From Laetmonice hystrix (lineage: Eukaryota): a stretch of DNA of 64,000 nt. Position 1 is the stretch's first letter, and every line of letters starts with the position of its first letter. The notes under the pieces are model-generated. The model was given only the letters and a program-made list of their open reading frames with translations, was not told the DNA's origin and made no database searches. Both the position numbers and the translations under genes were made by a program. The stretch spans positions 3,224,001 through 3,288,000 of the forward strand of contig OZ249447.1 of assembly GCA_965235115.1 (NCBI GenBank). The letters run 5' to 3'. Below are positions 9,701-21,114 of this stretch, in pieces.

Positions 9701-12700
9701 TGTGTGCCCTGTGATGTCTGGTTCCGCATGGCTGAGTGTGGATGACGCCAGCCGCCGCACACGATATGTGTGTGAGGCCAGTCGACAATCGATTTACCAT
9801 TGGTGTAGAATAATGTCGAGAACCTGGAGATGACATTACTGATGATAACATCGACCCTCGGCTTGGGCTACACTATAGAATCACTTCTCATGTTTCACCC
9901 AGAGACCAATTTATTCGTTTCTCATTCTTTTTTTACCATACTCAGCTGTTGACTCGCGATACCCTCTCAGGGGCAGTTGTCCCGTATCCTAAATCATTTA
10001 CCTATAGTCAGATACATTGTATCATGAAAGATCTTTACTGTAAACTTATTGGTTCTATGTCATTTATCTTAGTTAAAAATAGACGGGTATTGTAAATTAT
10101 GATATACTGCCTGCGCTGACAGGGTTAGGAGAGGGGTACAGTTATTATCAGTACCCTGATAACATCATCCCTGGGTGCTGACTGACCAGACACCCCGCCA
10201 GCCGTACCCCCACACCCCTTCCACCCCACCCCAACCAGACACAGAGGGATGTCACTGACCAGTGGTCAGCTGAACGACCAGGTGTACGTACAGAGGGATG
10301 TCACTGACCAGTGGTCAGCTGACGACCAGGTGACAGATCTGAACCTCCAGGTGTACGTAAAGATAACCAGAGACGCTACAGGTAATATCTCCAGGTGTCT
10401 CAGAACAAGGTTGTCATTCTACAGTCGACATAACGGTGCCTAACGACCAGGTATACCTTACCCCGCCTTGGGTACACCGGACACTCGCTCCTCCTGTCTA
10501 CTGTATGAAGGTACCAAACTGTATGAGGTACCAAACAGTCCTGTCTACTGTATGAGGTACCAAACAGTCCAGGAAGTCCGTGACGTATCGACAGCTGGGA
10601 GTTCCGGGAAATGAATCATCTCTTTGATGTGGACAGCTGGTTAATTACAGGTGAGACCATGTGGTGGTCAAGATATAGGCAGACCGTATCAGTGGGTTAA
10701 TTGGTCATTAACATTCGTAGTTTTAACGGGTCCTCTACTCTGCTACTTCTCGGATATTAAATGACAACAATCAGTAATACTGTAGTCAATCTATTTTAAC
10801 CGTATATTGATGCCTGGAAGCTCTACTGAGAGGGGAGACTCTAGGCATACGTGCTAACTGCAAAATGAGTAAGACTGAGAAAATTGTGGAAGGGAAGATT
10901 TGTTTATCCTAGATTCAGTAATCTTAAGGGTCCATATATTCTGACATGCTGGACGTGTTAATATCTGGCATCACCTTGTTGACAGCTGTCGATCAGACAT
11001 GACTGAAGACTATTCCTCATGTCATGAAGTCTAGGCAGGTGATGTCTGCCTTTGTCTGCCAGAGAAAGTAGAGAAAAATGTTTTTGTTCACAGGGTGGAT
11101 ATAATGGCGGGTCAGAAGTCGACAGTTTCCGTGATGCCTTGGGCCGGTGCCTGGGGGAGGGGGCCCGGGGCGGGGGTGTCAGGGAGGCAGGGGGTATGTC
11201 AGTGGAGAGTCAGACCTTGTAGGGTCTATGAAAATAAAGATATTAAACCATCCCAGTGTGCTGCTGGAGAGACCATAGTATGGAGATATAGGGGAGGTGA
11301 CCTGCCCAGCTTAGCCCGGACCCTGACGGTGAGGGAGGCGGGCAGGCAGGCAGCAGGGCCTGGCCTGGTGGCAGCAGGGCCTGGCCTGGTCTGTGTTGAG
11401 GCCCCTGACGGCCCATAACTTGGCATGATGAGGCTATGCTCGTGTTAACATGACGGCCCTGCTCTGCCCTCGCTTTGAGCACTTTACAGGGGTACAAGCT
11501 GCTCCGTGACACCTGGGGTCAGATGTCAAAGACAATTTGCAGACCCAGAAAATAGTGGGAACAGCTGCAAAAATTATAGGGGGAAACTCCCCCTCTCCTG
11601 TACCACCACCACAATGGTACCTTCCTAGGCATAGATCCCCGTGGAGTAGGGGTAGAATTTTCCAACAAATTACTAACAGTTGAGGGAGACGAATATAAAC
11701 GACAAGGGGGGAGTCAGACGTTTTGTGAGAGAAGGACTTGGTGAGTGATGATGGTGACACGAGACTTGATGTTACATGAAAGGAGACCGGTGATGTATGA
11801 CTCAAAGAACGCATTGACCCGCTTTCTGCTGGCCACGTGATTCCTGGCGAGGCAGACATGACTTTGTGAAATAGGTGTTCACAAGTTGAAAACAAAACAT
11901 GTTGCTAACATACCTCAAACAACAGTCTTCAGTTTACTTTTTATCGGTGAGGAATGAGGAAAATAAGTGAGACTATTATTGTGTTGTAATTTCTAAATAA
12001 CGACAAAAAGTCGATTCATTTTTGGGCAAATTGACAGCTTAGAGCCTTGTTTGTCTGGTCATTTATTGGTGGTTTACTCAGCGGATACAAAACAGGCGCA
12101 TTCAACCTGATGGCAGGGGACTGTGTTTTCCACAAATATGGCTAATCTGTTTGTGATGGTGAGCCCCGCCGAGGGCTGGAACACCATGCCAGAGTGGGGG
12201 AGGAGAGAAAGCAGAACGGAGCTTTGTCAAACTGTTTGCCTTCAGTCTGGGTTTAGGGAGGTCGGAGAAACTATATCTTTGAGCATACACTGGTATGAAA
12301 GAGAACCGGCATGGGGTGCAGGGGTGAGGGAGATCTAGGGCAGACAGACGCAGGCCCACCTTGGCGTTCAGGAACGCTCAGAGAAATGTCAGGGGTTCTC
12401 TCTGTTTTTGTCGTTGGTGTCGTTTTGACGAGCCGACATATTCTGTACAGAGACGATCCGAGCCATGTTTTCCTTCATGTTGAGTAAAGAATTTGTTTTT
12501 GAGAAAATCACTTTACCATGATAAGTCAGCGTTTAGTACAAAGTCAACATTTTCTCATGCGAGAAACATAAATTCATTGTAAGATGGAAGGACAAAATGT
12601 TTTCTTTTTCATCGGCAGATGTCTTTTGATCTCATAAATGCTTCCAGATTTACCCCAGATATTAAGACTATCGTATGACACTGACTGGAGGCGACACCGA

Positions 12701-13272
12701 GGGTGTCGAGGTTTAATGGTCATATGAAACTGGTCCCAGAGACCCAGGGACTAATCGTCCCTAATCCACGGCGTCTATACCCCCTAGGTGGTGTACTTGT
12801 CCTAAGGGGTTCTGCTGTATCATTTGGTCTTATTTACGCTCGTGTTCTCACCCTGTCTGAGAGAACCCCCACCCCACTGTTCTCTGTTGGGTGGATCCCT
12901 GCAGGCTACTGGTGGGTACGAAGGGCCCGCAGAGGTAGCCTGGGAGGAGGGGGGGGGGGCGGAGTGAGATTTACTTTAGGCAGTGGTATACACAAACCAG
13001 ACGATGTTAGGTCCCCGGTGCAATGTGAGAAACCAGCCCGAGGCGAGCAAAGCAAGTAGTGCTGGAGATTTCAGAGGTCTGAACAGATGTAGGCCTAAGC
13101 AGTGTCGCTGAGTCTGGGAATCATTTGAAGGAGGTACAGGAGGATGGTGCCGGGTATGGGTGGTATGGGGCACATCTAAGTCCAGGAAATGATATAAGAT
13201 GTAGGAAATGTTGTACCTGTGAAATAAAAACCCTTGCACTGAAACACTTATCACGAGATATTCTCAATGGTG

Positions 13273-13436
13273 CATAACTCCCAGGAAGGACTGTGGGTTG
13301 CTGGTTGATGTTGTGACAGGCGTATCCCTGTCATGTTTCTGTAATCTGAGTTATGTAACTCCAAGGAAGGACTGTGGGTTACTGGTTGATGTTGTGACAG
13401 GCGTATCCCTGTCATATTTCTGTATTCTGAGTTATG
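13273..13436. repeat. 81-bp tandem duplication
   Basis: TAACTCCA(G/A)G...GAGTTATG at 13275 and 13356. Confidence 0.9.
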
Positions 13437-13572
13437 AGGATGATGGAGTATCACCATGTGTCGGGGAGGGAGAAGTCAGTCGTGTCCCTCAGCGGGGTCC
13501 ACTACGGTACCCAGCAGGGCGTGGGGAGTGGGTAGTGGGACCCTGCCGGGACTGTCATAGGAACATGGCCCG

Positions 13573-13826
13573 TCGGGTATTCTGACGTCGTCTACCGGCA
13601 TCGTGACGTCGTCTCTGGGTATTGGGACGTCGTCTCACGGCATTGTGACGTCGTCTCACGGCATTGTGACGTTGTCTCCGGGTATTGGGACGTATTTTCG
13701 GCATTGTGACGTCATACACTGGTATTGTGACGTCGTCTCCCGGCATTGTGACGTCGTCCCTGGCATTGGGACGTCGTCTCCGGGTATTGGGACGTCTTTT
13801 CGGCACTGTGACGTCGTCTTGGCATT
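13573..13826. repeat. 20/21-bp CpG-rich minisatellite with GACGTC core, about 12 units
   Basis: Units such as CGGCATTGTGACGTCGTCTC and CGGGTATTGGGACGTCGTCTC. Confidence 0.9.
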
Positions 13827-14584
13827 ATGAGAGAGAGAGGGGAAGGGGTTGAGCTCCCGGGGAGGGAAGGGTGCGGATAGCAGCCCCGGCGGGCAGCCCC
13901 ACATTCCGGCTGCATGTAGTGGCCAGGTGTCCAGCCCCGCCCCACTGTAACTGAACCCACCTTCTAGGAGATTGAGTGGGGGTAGAACACGCATACCCCC
14001 ACAACCCCAACCCCCAACAGGCGCCTGGATGTGGGCGGGTTTCATAGACGGGCCTTTCACGTCCAACTATCTGGTGGCGTCTTGAAAACTCATTTAGGGG
14101 CCCGACAGACTAGTCTCGGCCTCAAATCAGTCTGGCTAAAAAACATTTGTCAGAATTAGTATATAGATTAGAAGTTGGAAGTGTACATTAACTATTAGAA
14201 TTGTAGTAATCAGGGCACCCTAGTTTTCAATTTCAAAAATTGATTAAGGCTGGCGGGGGACAAGTCTATGATCGGATATTATAAACGGACTCTAGTCTCC
14301 TTGGTCTGTGTGCAACGAGACCAGACGTTGGTCTGTGGCAGGCTTGTACCCGACACCATCGTCAACAAAGGTGAAGGAACCTTACGTTGAAATTTTTGCC
14401 TGAACCGCCTCTTTAAGAGACCAAAGTCGGGTTGTACGGCGGGGTACGGTGGACACGGTGATGTGATGTGAGGGTGATTGGAGACATGGGTAATCGGTGA
14501 CGACAGCCAGAGGTCAAGGGTGGTTGGTGATGATCAATGATACTGGGTGAGTGTCCGTCACTAAAGGTTTTCACACCACTCGCT

Positions 14585-15797
14585 GTGACCAGACTCAGCC
14601 AGTGGACTGGAGTCTGGAGCGATGAGGGCCGGGTGCTCAGTCAGGGCATAGAACTGTACTCCAGTACAGTTCTATGGTCAGGGCCAGGGATAGGTTGATG
14701 TGACCAGACTCGGTCAGTGGACTGGAGTCTGGAGCGATGAGGGCCGGGTGCTCAGTCAGGGCCAGGGATAGCTCGGTGTGAACGGTATGGAGCTACTAAT
14801 CTAATGATACAGTTAAATCTGACCAGTATTGTCGTTGGTGGTAGACTGGTTGGTCTGACCAGACTCGGTCAGTAGACTGGAGTCTGGAGCGATGAGGGCC
14901 GGGTGCTCAGTCAGGGCCAGGGATAGCTCGGTGTGAACGGTATGGAGCTACTAATCTAATGATACAGTTAAATCTGACCAGTATTGTCGTTGGTGGTAGA
15001 CTGGTTGGTCTGACCAGACTCGGTCAGTAGACTGGAGTCTGGAGCGATGAGGGCCGGGTGCTCAGTCAGGGCATAGAGTATAGGTTGGTGTGAATGGTAT
15101 GGAGCTACAGATCCCCTAATGATACAGTTAAATCTGACCAGTATTGTGGTTAGTGGTAGACTGGTTGGTGTGACCAGACTCGGTCAGTGGACTGGAGTCT
15201 GGAGTGATGAGGGCCGGGTGCTCAGTCAGGGCCAGGGATAGGTTGGTGTGACCAGACTCGGTCAGTGGACTGGAGTCTGGAGTGATGAGGGCCGGGTGCT
15301 CAGTCAGGGCCAGGGATAGGTTGGTGTGACCAGACTCGGTCAGTGGACTGGAGTCTGGAGCGATGAGGGCCGGGTGCTCAGTCAGGGCCAGGGATAGGTT
15401 GGTGTGACCAGACTCGGTCAGTGGACTGGAGTCTGGAGTGATGAGGGCCGGGTGCTCAGTCAGGGCCAGGGATAGGTTGATGTGACCAGACTCGGTCAGT
15501 GGACTGGAGTCTGGAGCGATGAGGGCCGGGTGCTCAGTCAGGGCATAGAGTATAGGTTGGTGTGAACGGTATGGAGCTACTGATCTCCTAATGATACAGT
15601 TAAATCTGACCAGTATTGTCGTTAGTGGTAGACTGGTTGGTGTGACCAGACTCGGTCAGTGGACTGGAGTCTGGAGTGATGAGGGCCGGGTGCTCAGTCA
15701 GGGCATAGAGTATAGGTTGGTGTGAACGGTATGGAGCTACTGATGTCCTAATGATACAGTTAAATCTGAAGAGTATTGTGGTTAGTGGTAGACTGGT
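14585..15797. repeat. Composite satellite of a 78-bp monomer A and a 77-82-bp monomer B
   Basis: A starts at 14585, 14700, 14855, 15010, 15170, 15248, 15326, 15404, 15482, 15642; spacings 115, 155, 155, 160, 78, 78, 78, 78, 160. Confidence 0.93.
14647..14676. mobile_element. 30-bp palindromic insertion with 7-bp TSD (P-superfamily-like termini)
   Basis: CATAGAACTGTACT-CC-AGTACAGTTCTATG flanked by GTCAGGG twice (14640-14646, 14677-14683); host unit is 115 bp = 78+30+7. Confidence 0.6.
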
Positions 15798-17305
15798 ATG
15801 TGATCGTATCATGGTGGGGAGGAGCAGGGTGGTCGGTCAGCATTCCGGGAGGATGAACTGCCGTGAAATAGGGGCAGGTTAAACAGTGCTAATAGAAAGG
15901 TGGCATGGGGGTAGAGTTGGTCCATGGATAGGGGCATCGTTCTGTCTAAGTTTACCTCCACTGGCTGTAGTTTAACCACCTACATATATCAGAGGGTTGT
16001 AGGGGGTAATATATGCGGCAGGGTAAAGGGGAGCTATGGGGGTCGTTACATGGGTGACCTGGGGGTAAAAGATGGGGTGAAGGGTGATGAGAGAAATAAA
16101 AGAATACCCTTCAGATGTCTGTGGAGTTATGAGTACGTGCTGATACTGAAGGTAGAGTGAGATACCGAACCATGCAGACTAGTCGTGCTGAGATACCGAG
16201 TCAGTGTTCCGATGCCTTGTTAGGCGCTGGGTGTAATAGAGGGTTGAGGAAGTGGGGTTGATGTAGGGGCTGGGGTTTCCTGTAGGGGTTGGGGTATCCT
16301 GCTGAGGAGACGGGTTGAGACAGGTGAAGAGGGGGAGGAGTAGCTGTCATTATCAGAACCTAGGAATGACGACGGCAGGGACTGACAGTGACATATGACT
16401 GTTTAATCTGTGCCAAGAATTACTACACGCTGTCAGAACTTTGCTGGTTACCCTTAGGTCACTGGTCGGTTATATCATAGACCGGGTTCAGCTGCGGTAG
16501 GTTACATACACCATGTTAGTCCCACGGTCCTGGAGGTGCTAGGGTCAATATTTATTACATGATCCTTACCTATAAACTGTGTGTATCCAGGTAGGTTAAG
16601 TAACTGTTAAGTATCCATACTTAGTCGGTTTCTTAATATATCCTATCAGAATCCACGGGTTGCCTGGGCCAGATAAGTCAACATTGGTAATTGGCTTTGC
16701 TATGAGAATAATTAGCAAGGAGTTAGAACTATAGACTTAAGGGCAAAGCTAAGTTAAAGTACATAAGTCTAATAACACAAGAAGAGGTAGTTAGTTCAGC
16801 ACGGTAGAGTCGTGTTGAGAGCAGCTATGTGTGACCACGGTTAATACTTCTAATCAAACTTTGATGTGTTTGATACCTGAACGATGAATGCTTGTTGTCA
16901 TTTCTTATCAATGTGAGCAGTGCTTACATTTTGCGGACAAAGAGGTGATTTTCCCCGTGACATCACACAGACTCTGTCTATCCGTTACACCTTGGGTAAA
17001 TATTAACAGGAAGCAGTCGTGTCAGCCATTACCATGCCAGGCCAGACTAATCGATAGGCAGTGTTTGCATAGACCAGCTCCCATTGCTGGACTAATCGAT
17101 TAGTTACCATCAGCCTGAGAGGGTGAAGCATTGAGGGATGTCATGAACACCACCCTCTCTCAGCATTCCCGCTCCTCTAAACCAACGTTTTTAGGTCTTG
17201 ATGAGTTTTCCATTTATTAATTAGCACCAGGGTCTGACTGGATTCTGTTTACAATGGAAACATTGCTCTCCCAGCACCACGTGACTAGCCTCCCAGTAGA
17301 CAGAT

Positions 17306-17521
17306 CACGTGACCGTCAAAGTGAGCACAGTTTTAGACCTCACGACACAGTCGGGATCCGAATGGGTTCTGTAAGAACACGTGACCGTCAAAGTGAGCAC
17401 ACTTTTAGACCTCACGACACAGTCGGGATCCGAATGGATTCTGTAAGAACACAACACCGTCAAAGTGAGCACACTTTTAGACCTCACGACACAGTCGGGA
17501 TCCGAATAGGTTCTGTAAGAA
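17306..17521. repeat. 72-bp tandem repeat, 3 copies
   Basis: CACGTGACCGTCAAAGTGAGCAC... at 17306, 17378 and about 17450. Confidence 0.92.
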
Positions 17522-17554
17522 CTAATGCATATAATTTGTCTGGTCACAATCCAT

Positions 17555-18355
17555 GATACCTCTCTCGTAGACTCTTTGTGCTGAGCTGGGTACTTCTCTG
17601 GTAGACTCTTGTGTTGAGCTGGATACCTCTCTAGTAGACTCTTTGTGTTGAGCTGGGTACCGCTCTCGTAGACTGTTGTGTTGAGCTGGGTACCGCTCTC
17701 GTAGACTGTTGTGTTGAGCTGGGTACCGCTCTCGTAGACTCTTTGTGTTGAGCTGGGTACCGCTCTCGTAGACTGTTGTGTTGAGCTGGGTACCTCTCTC
17801 GTAGACTGTTGTGTTGAGCTGGGTACCGCTCTCGTAGACTGTTGTGTTGAGCTGGGTACCGCTCTCGTAGACTGTTGTGTTGAGCTGGGTACCGCTCTCG
17901 TAGACTGTTGTGTTGAGCTGGGTACCGCTCTCGTAGACTGTTGTGTTGAGCTGGGTACCTCTCTCGTAGACTGTTGTGTTGAGCTGGGTACCTCTCTCGT
18001 AGACTGTTGTGTTGAGCTGGGTACCGCTCTCGTAGACTGTTGTGTTGAGCTGGGTACCGCTCTCGTAGACTCTTTGTGTTGAGCTGGGTACCGCTCTCGT
18101 AGACTGTTGTGTTGAGCTGGGTACCGCTCTCGTAGACTCTTTGTGTTGAGCTGGGTACCGCTCTCGTAGACTGTTGTGTTGAGCTGGGTACCTCTCTCGT
18201 AGACTCTTTGTGTTGAGCTGGGTACCTCTATGGTAGACTCTTTGTGTTGAGCTGGGTACCTCTCTCGTAGACTCTTTGTGTTGAGCTGGGTACCTCTCTC
18301 GTAGACTCTTTGTGTTGAGCTGGGTACCTCTATGGTAGACTCTTTGTGTTGAGCT
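17555..18355. repeat. 33/34-bp minisatellite, about 24 copies
   Basis: GTTGAGCTGGGTACC(G/T)CTCTCGTAGACT(GT/CTT)TGT units. Confidence 0.96.
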
Positions 18356-18356
18356 A

Positions 18357-18760
18357 AGTTGACTCCACCAAGGAATTCCTAACGACCTCCCGGTAAAGTG
18401 TGTGGGGAGAAGGTTTTCGTGGAAGTTGTCATTGTTGAACATGGAGATGTTTGTGAATGTCACATTCCTGTAGAACCGAGAGACTGTCAGATTGTTGTCA
18501 GACATTCAGATTGTTGTCAGACATTGATGTGTCCGTGTTGGCAGTGGTCGTAGTGACGGAATGTGTGTTTGATGGATCATGACACGAACGGGAACTCCCG
18601 CTCTGCATTCATTGTGTCGATAAAACTCATGTTAACAACTGTTGAGTATGTTTAATTGTTAGGATTGATTACTGATTAATAGTGCGTGATAACTTCATGT
18701 GTGAACAATGCTGGGTGCACAGAATGGTTGCGGATAATGTACGTTCTCCCATCTCTCTGT
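18357..18760 (-). mobile_element. Possible decayed CR1/L2-type LINE ORF2 fragment (end of APE plus linker)
   Basis: Minus-strand translation SMSDNNLTVSRFYRNVTFTNISMFNNDNFHENL...IPW resembles the SDH..I...ITYR.FK.FN...F..DL...W pattern following the endonuclease; short and degenerate. Confidence 0.4.
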
Positions 18761-19161
18761 TACGCTGTTCCTGAGTCTGTTAATCAAATAAAGGTTGCTT
18801 AGAATCTGGTATCAGCTGCTTTAAGCTGCAGCGTTTTATTGTATTTATCAAGGATTTACAATTTTATAAAAAGGTGGCGTTTACTTGCTTATCAGTGTTT
18901 GGCACATCAAAAAGGTTTTTTTTATACCGGTTGTGTTTTAGATCCCAGTGCATGGTGACAGAACTATTTATTCTTGCTGGCCCTGTAGCTGTGGAAACAT
19001 TTCTGGCAGTGTCAGACAGAAAGATGTTGTTCGGTCCGGGTTGATGATAAGATGTTATCCTGGATGAATTATACACTGAATGGCGGCGAGTTACACACGT
19101 CCAGATTGTAGGGTAACGGAGCCGGCAGACGGTATAGGATCACATGAGTCAGAGACGATTG

Positions 19162-21114
19162 GTTTTGTTCTCAGCAGACTGCTGGTAGGTGTTGTAAAAA
19201 TATAACTTATAACAGTTTATATATAGTAAAACCGTGCATATATTTGAATCCATTTGATTCTCGTCCTGTGGATGAGTAGGATGACTAGATGACCTCGCGA
19301 GTATAACTTGCCCAGGTGTTTTGTTCTCAGCAGACTGCTGGTAGGTGTTGTAAAAATATAACTTATAACAGTTTATATCGGGTGGATAAAAAAAAACGCC
19401 CCGAACTTTAAACTTTAATATTTCAATAACTTTGCATTATAATTCAATAAAATTGCTCTTAATATAATTTCATGATATTATCTCTTGTATGTTAAAGTTT
19501 CCGCTCAATAGCTTTGATATTAATCCCGTGGCGCTAAAAACAAAAATCAGTGTCTAAAAACACAATGCCGGAATTAGGTCAAATATCATGCAGCTGCCAG
19601 GTGTCCAATTTGATACCTGTTTGATGCACCGCATTGTACTTTGGGTAAAAACATTTTCAATATTTAGTTTTTGCATGTTTTACAATATGTATAATGTTGT
19701 GAACCACTAGATATAATAAATTATGTCCTATTCCTAGTACTTCTAGAGAAACCCAGATGTTTAATGTGCCAAACCCTACAGAGAAACTGCAACATTAGGA
19801 CGATATGACTGTAAGCAGAAGTTTAAGGGAAATCGTATCATTATCACGTTTAGCAACACGTTCAGAACGCTGCTTATTTCCCAATAATGGGAAGATAATT
19901 CCCTATCATAGATCAGGAAGTGCTTTGGCGATGTAAAAAGAGACTGAGAGCAGTATGAAGTGAAAACGGGGGACCGATTGACACCTACTCTAGTGTGAGG
20001 CCAGGGACTCTGGTGCGACTACCACTCACTTTAGGCCGGCATTGCGCTTTTGTACAATGATTTTTGTTTTCAGCGCTACGGAAATATTATCCAAGCTATT
20101 GAGTTGTAACATTAACAACTAAGAGACAACATCATAAAGTGATAGTAAGAAAAATTTCATTGAATTACAATCAAAACTTTTTGAAATATTGGAGTTTAAA
20201 GTTCGGGGCGTTTTTTTTTATCCACCCGATATATAGTAAAACCATGCATATTATATTTGAATCCATTTGATTCTGGTCCTGTGGATGAGTAGGATGACTA
20301 GATGACCTCGCGAGTATAACTTGCCCAGGTGTTTTGTTCTTAGCAGACTGCTGGTAGGTGTTGTAAAAATATAACTTATAACAGTTTATATATAGTAAAA
20401 CCATGCATATATTTGAATCCATTTGATTCTCGTCCTGTGGATGAGTAGGATGACTAGATGACCTCGCGAGTATAACTTGCCCAGGTGTTTTGTTCTCAGT
20501 AGACTGCTGGTAGGTGTTGTAAAAATATAACGTATAACAGTTTATATATAGTAAAACCATGCATATATTTGAATCCATTTGATTCTGGTCCTGTGGATGA
20601 GTAGGATGACTAGATGACCTCGCGAGTATAACTTGCCCAGGTGTTTTGTTCTCAGTAGACTGCTGGTAGGTGTTGTCAAAATATAACTTATAACAGTTTA
20701 TATATATAGTAAAACCATGCATATAAGTGAATCCATTTGGTTCTCGTCCTGTGGATGAGTAGAATGACTAGATGACCTCGCGAGTATAACTTGCCCAGGT
20801 GTTTTGTTCTCAGCAGACTGCTGGTAGGTGTTGTAAAAATATAACTTATAACAGTTTATATATAGTAAAACCATGCATATATTTGAATCCATTTGATTCT
20901 CGTCCTGTGGATGAGTAGGATGACTAGATGACCTCGCGAGTATAACTTGCCCAGGTGTTTTGTTCTCAGCAGACTGCTGGTAGGTGTTGTAAAAATATAA
21001 CTTATAACAGTTTATATATAGTAAAACCATGCATATATTTGAATCCATTTGGTTCTCGTCCTGTGGATGAGTAGGATGACTAGATGACCTCGCGAGTATA
21101 ACTTGCCCAGGTGT
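19162..21114. repeat. 156-bp tandem repeat array interrupted by a MITE
   Basis: CCATGC recurs at 20401, 20557, 20715, 20871, 21027; partial units at 19162-19377 on the other side of the insertion. Confidence 0.95.
19378..20229. mobile_element. Tc1/mariner-type non-autonomous element (852 bp, TA TSD)
   Basis: 49-bp TIR TCGGGTGGATAAAAAAAAACGCCCCGAACTTTAAACT(TT/CC)AATATTTCAA with 2 mismatches; the host (TA)4 becomes (TA)2+(TA)3; no transposase ORF. Confidence 0.88.

Noticed and set aside
12946-12960. Poly-G runs (also near 33206, 36446, 38665, 55340) and a G/T-rich sense strand
   Set aside because: Potential G-quadruplexes and strand skew are generic in long introns and could not be quantified; homopolymer lengths may be sequencing errors
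14585-15797. CRISPR-like look (conserved repeat with variable linkers)
   Set aside because: Linkers are themselves repeated, the context is a eukaryotic gene with spliceosomal introns, and there are no cas genes
17522-18505. 327-aa minus-strand ORF
   Set aside because: Mostly the 33-bp repeat; only its first 50 or so codons resemble a decayed LINE fragment
20171-21048. ORFs with 52-aa repeats
   Set aside because: Translation of the 156-bp satellite; the same applies to the 239-aa ORF at 28125-28844
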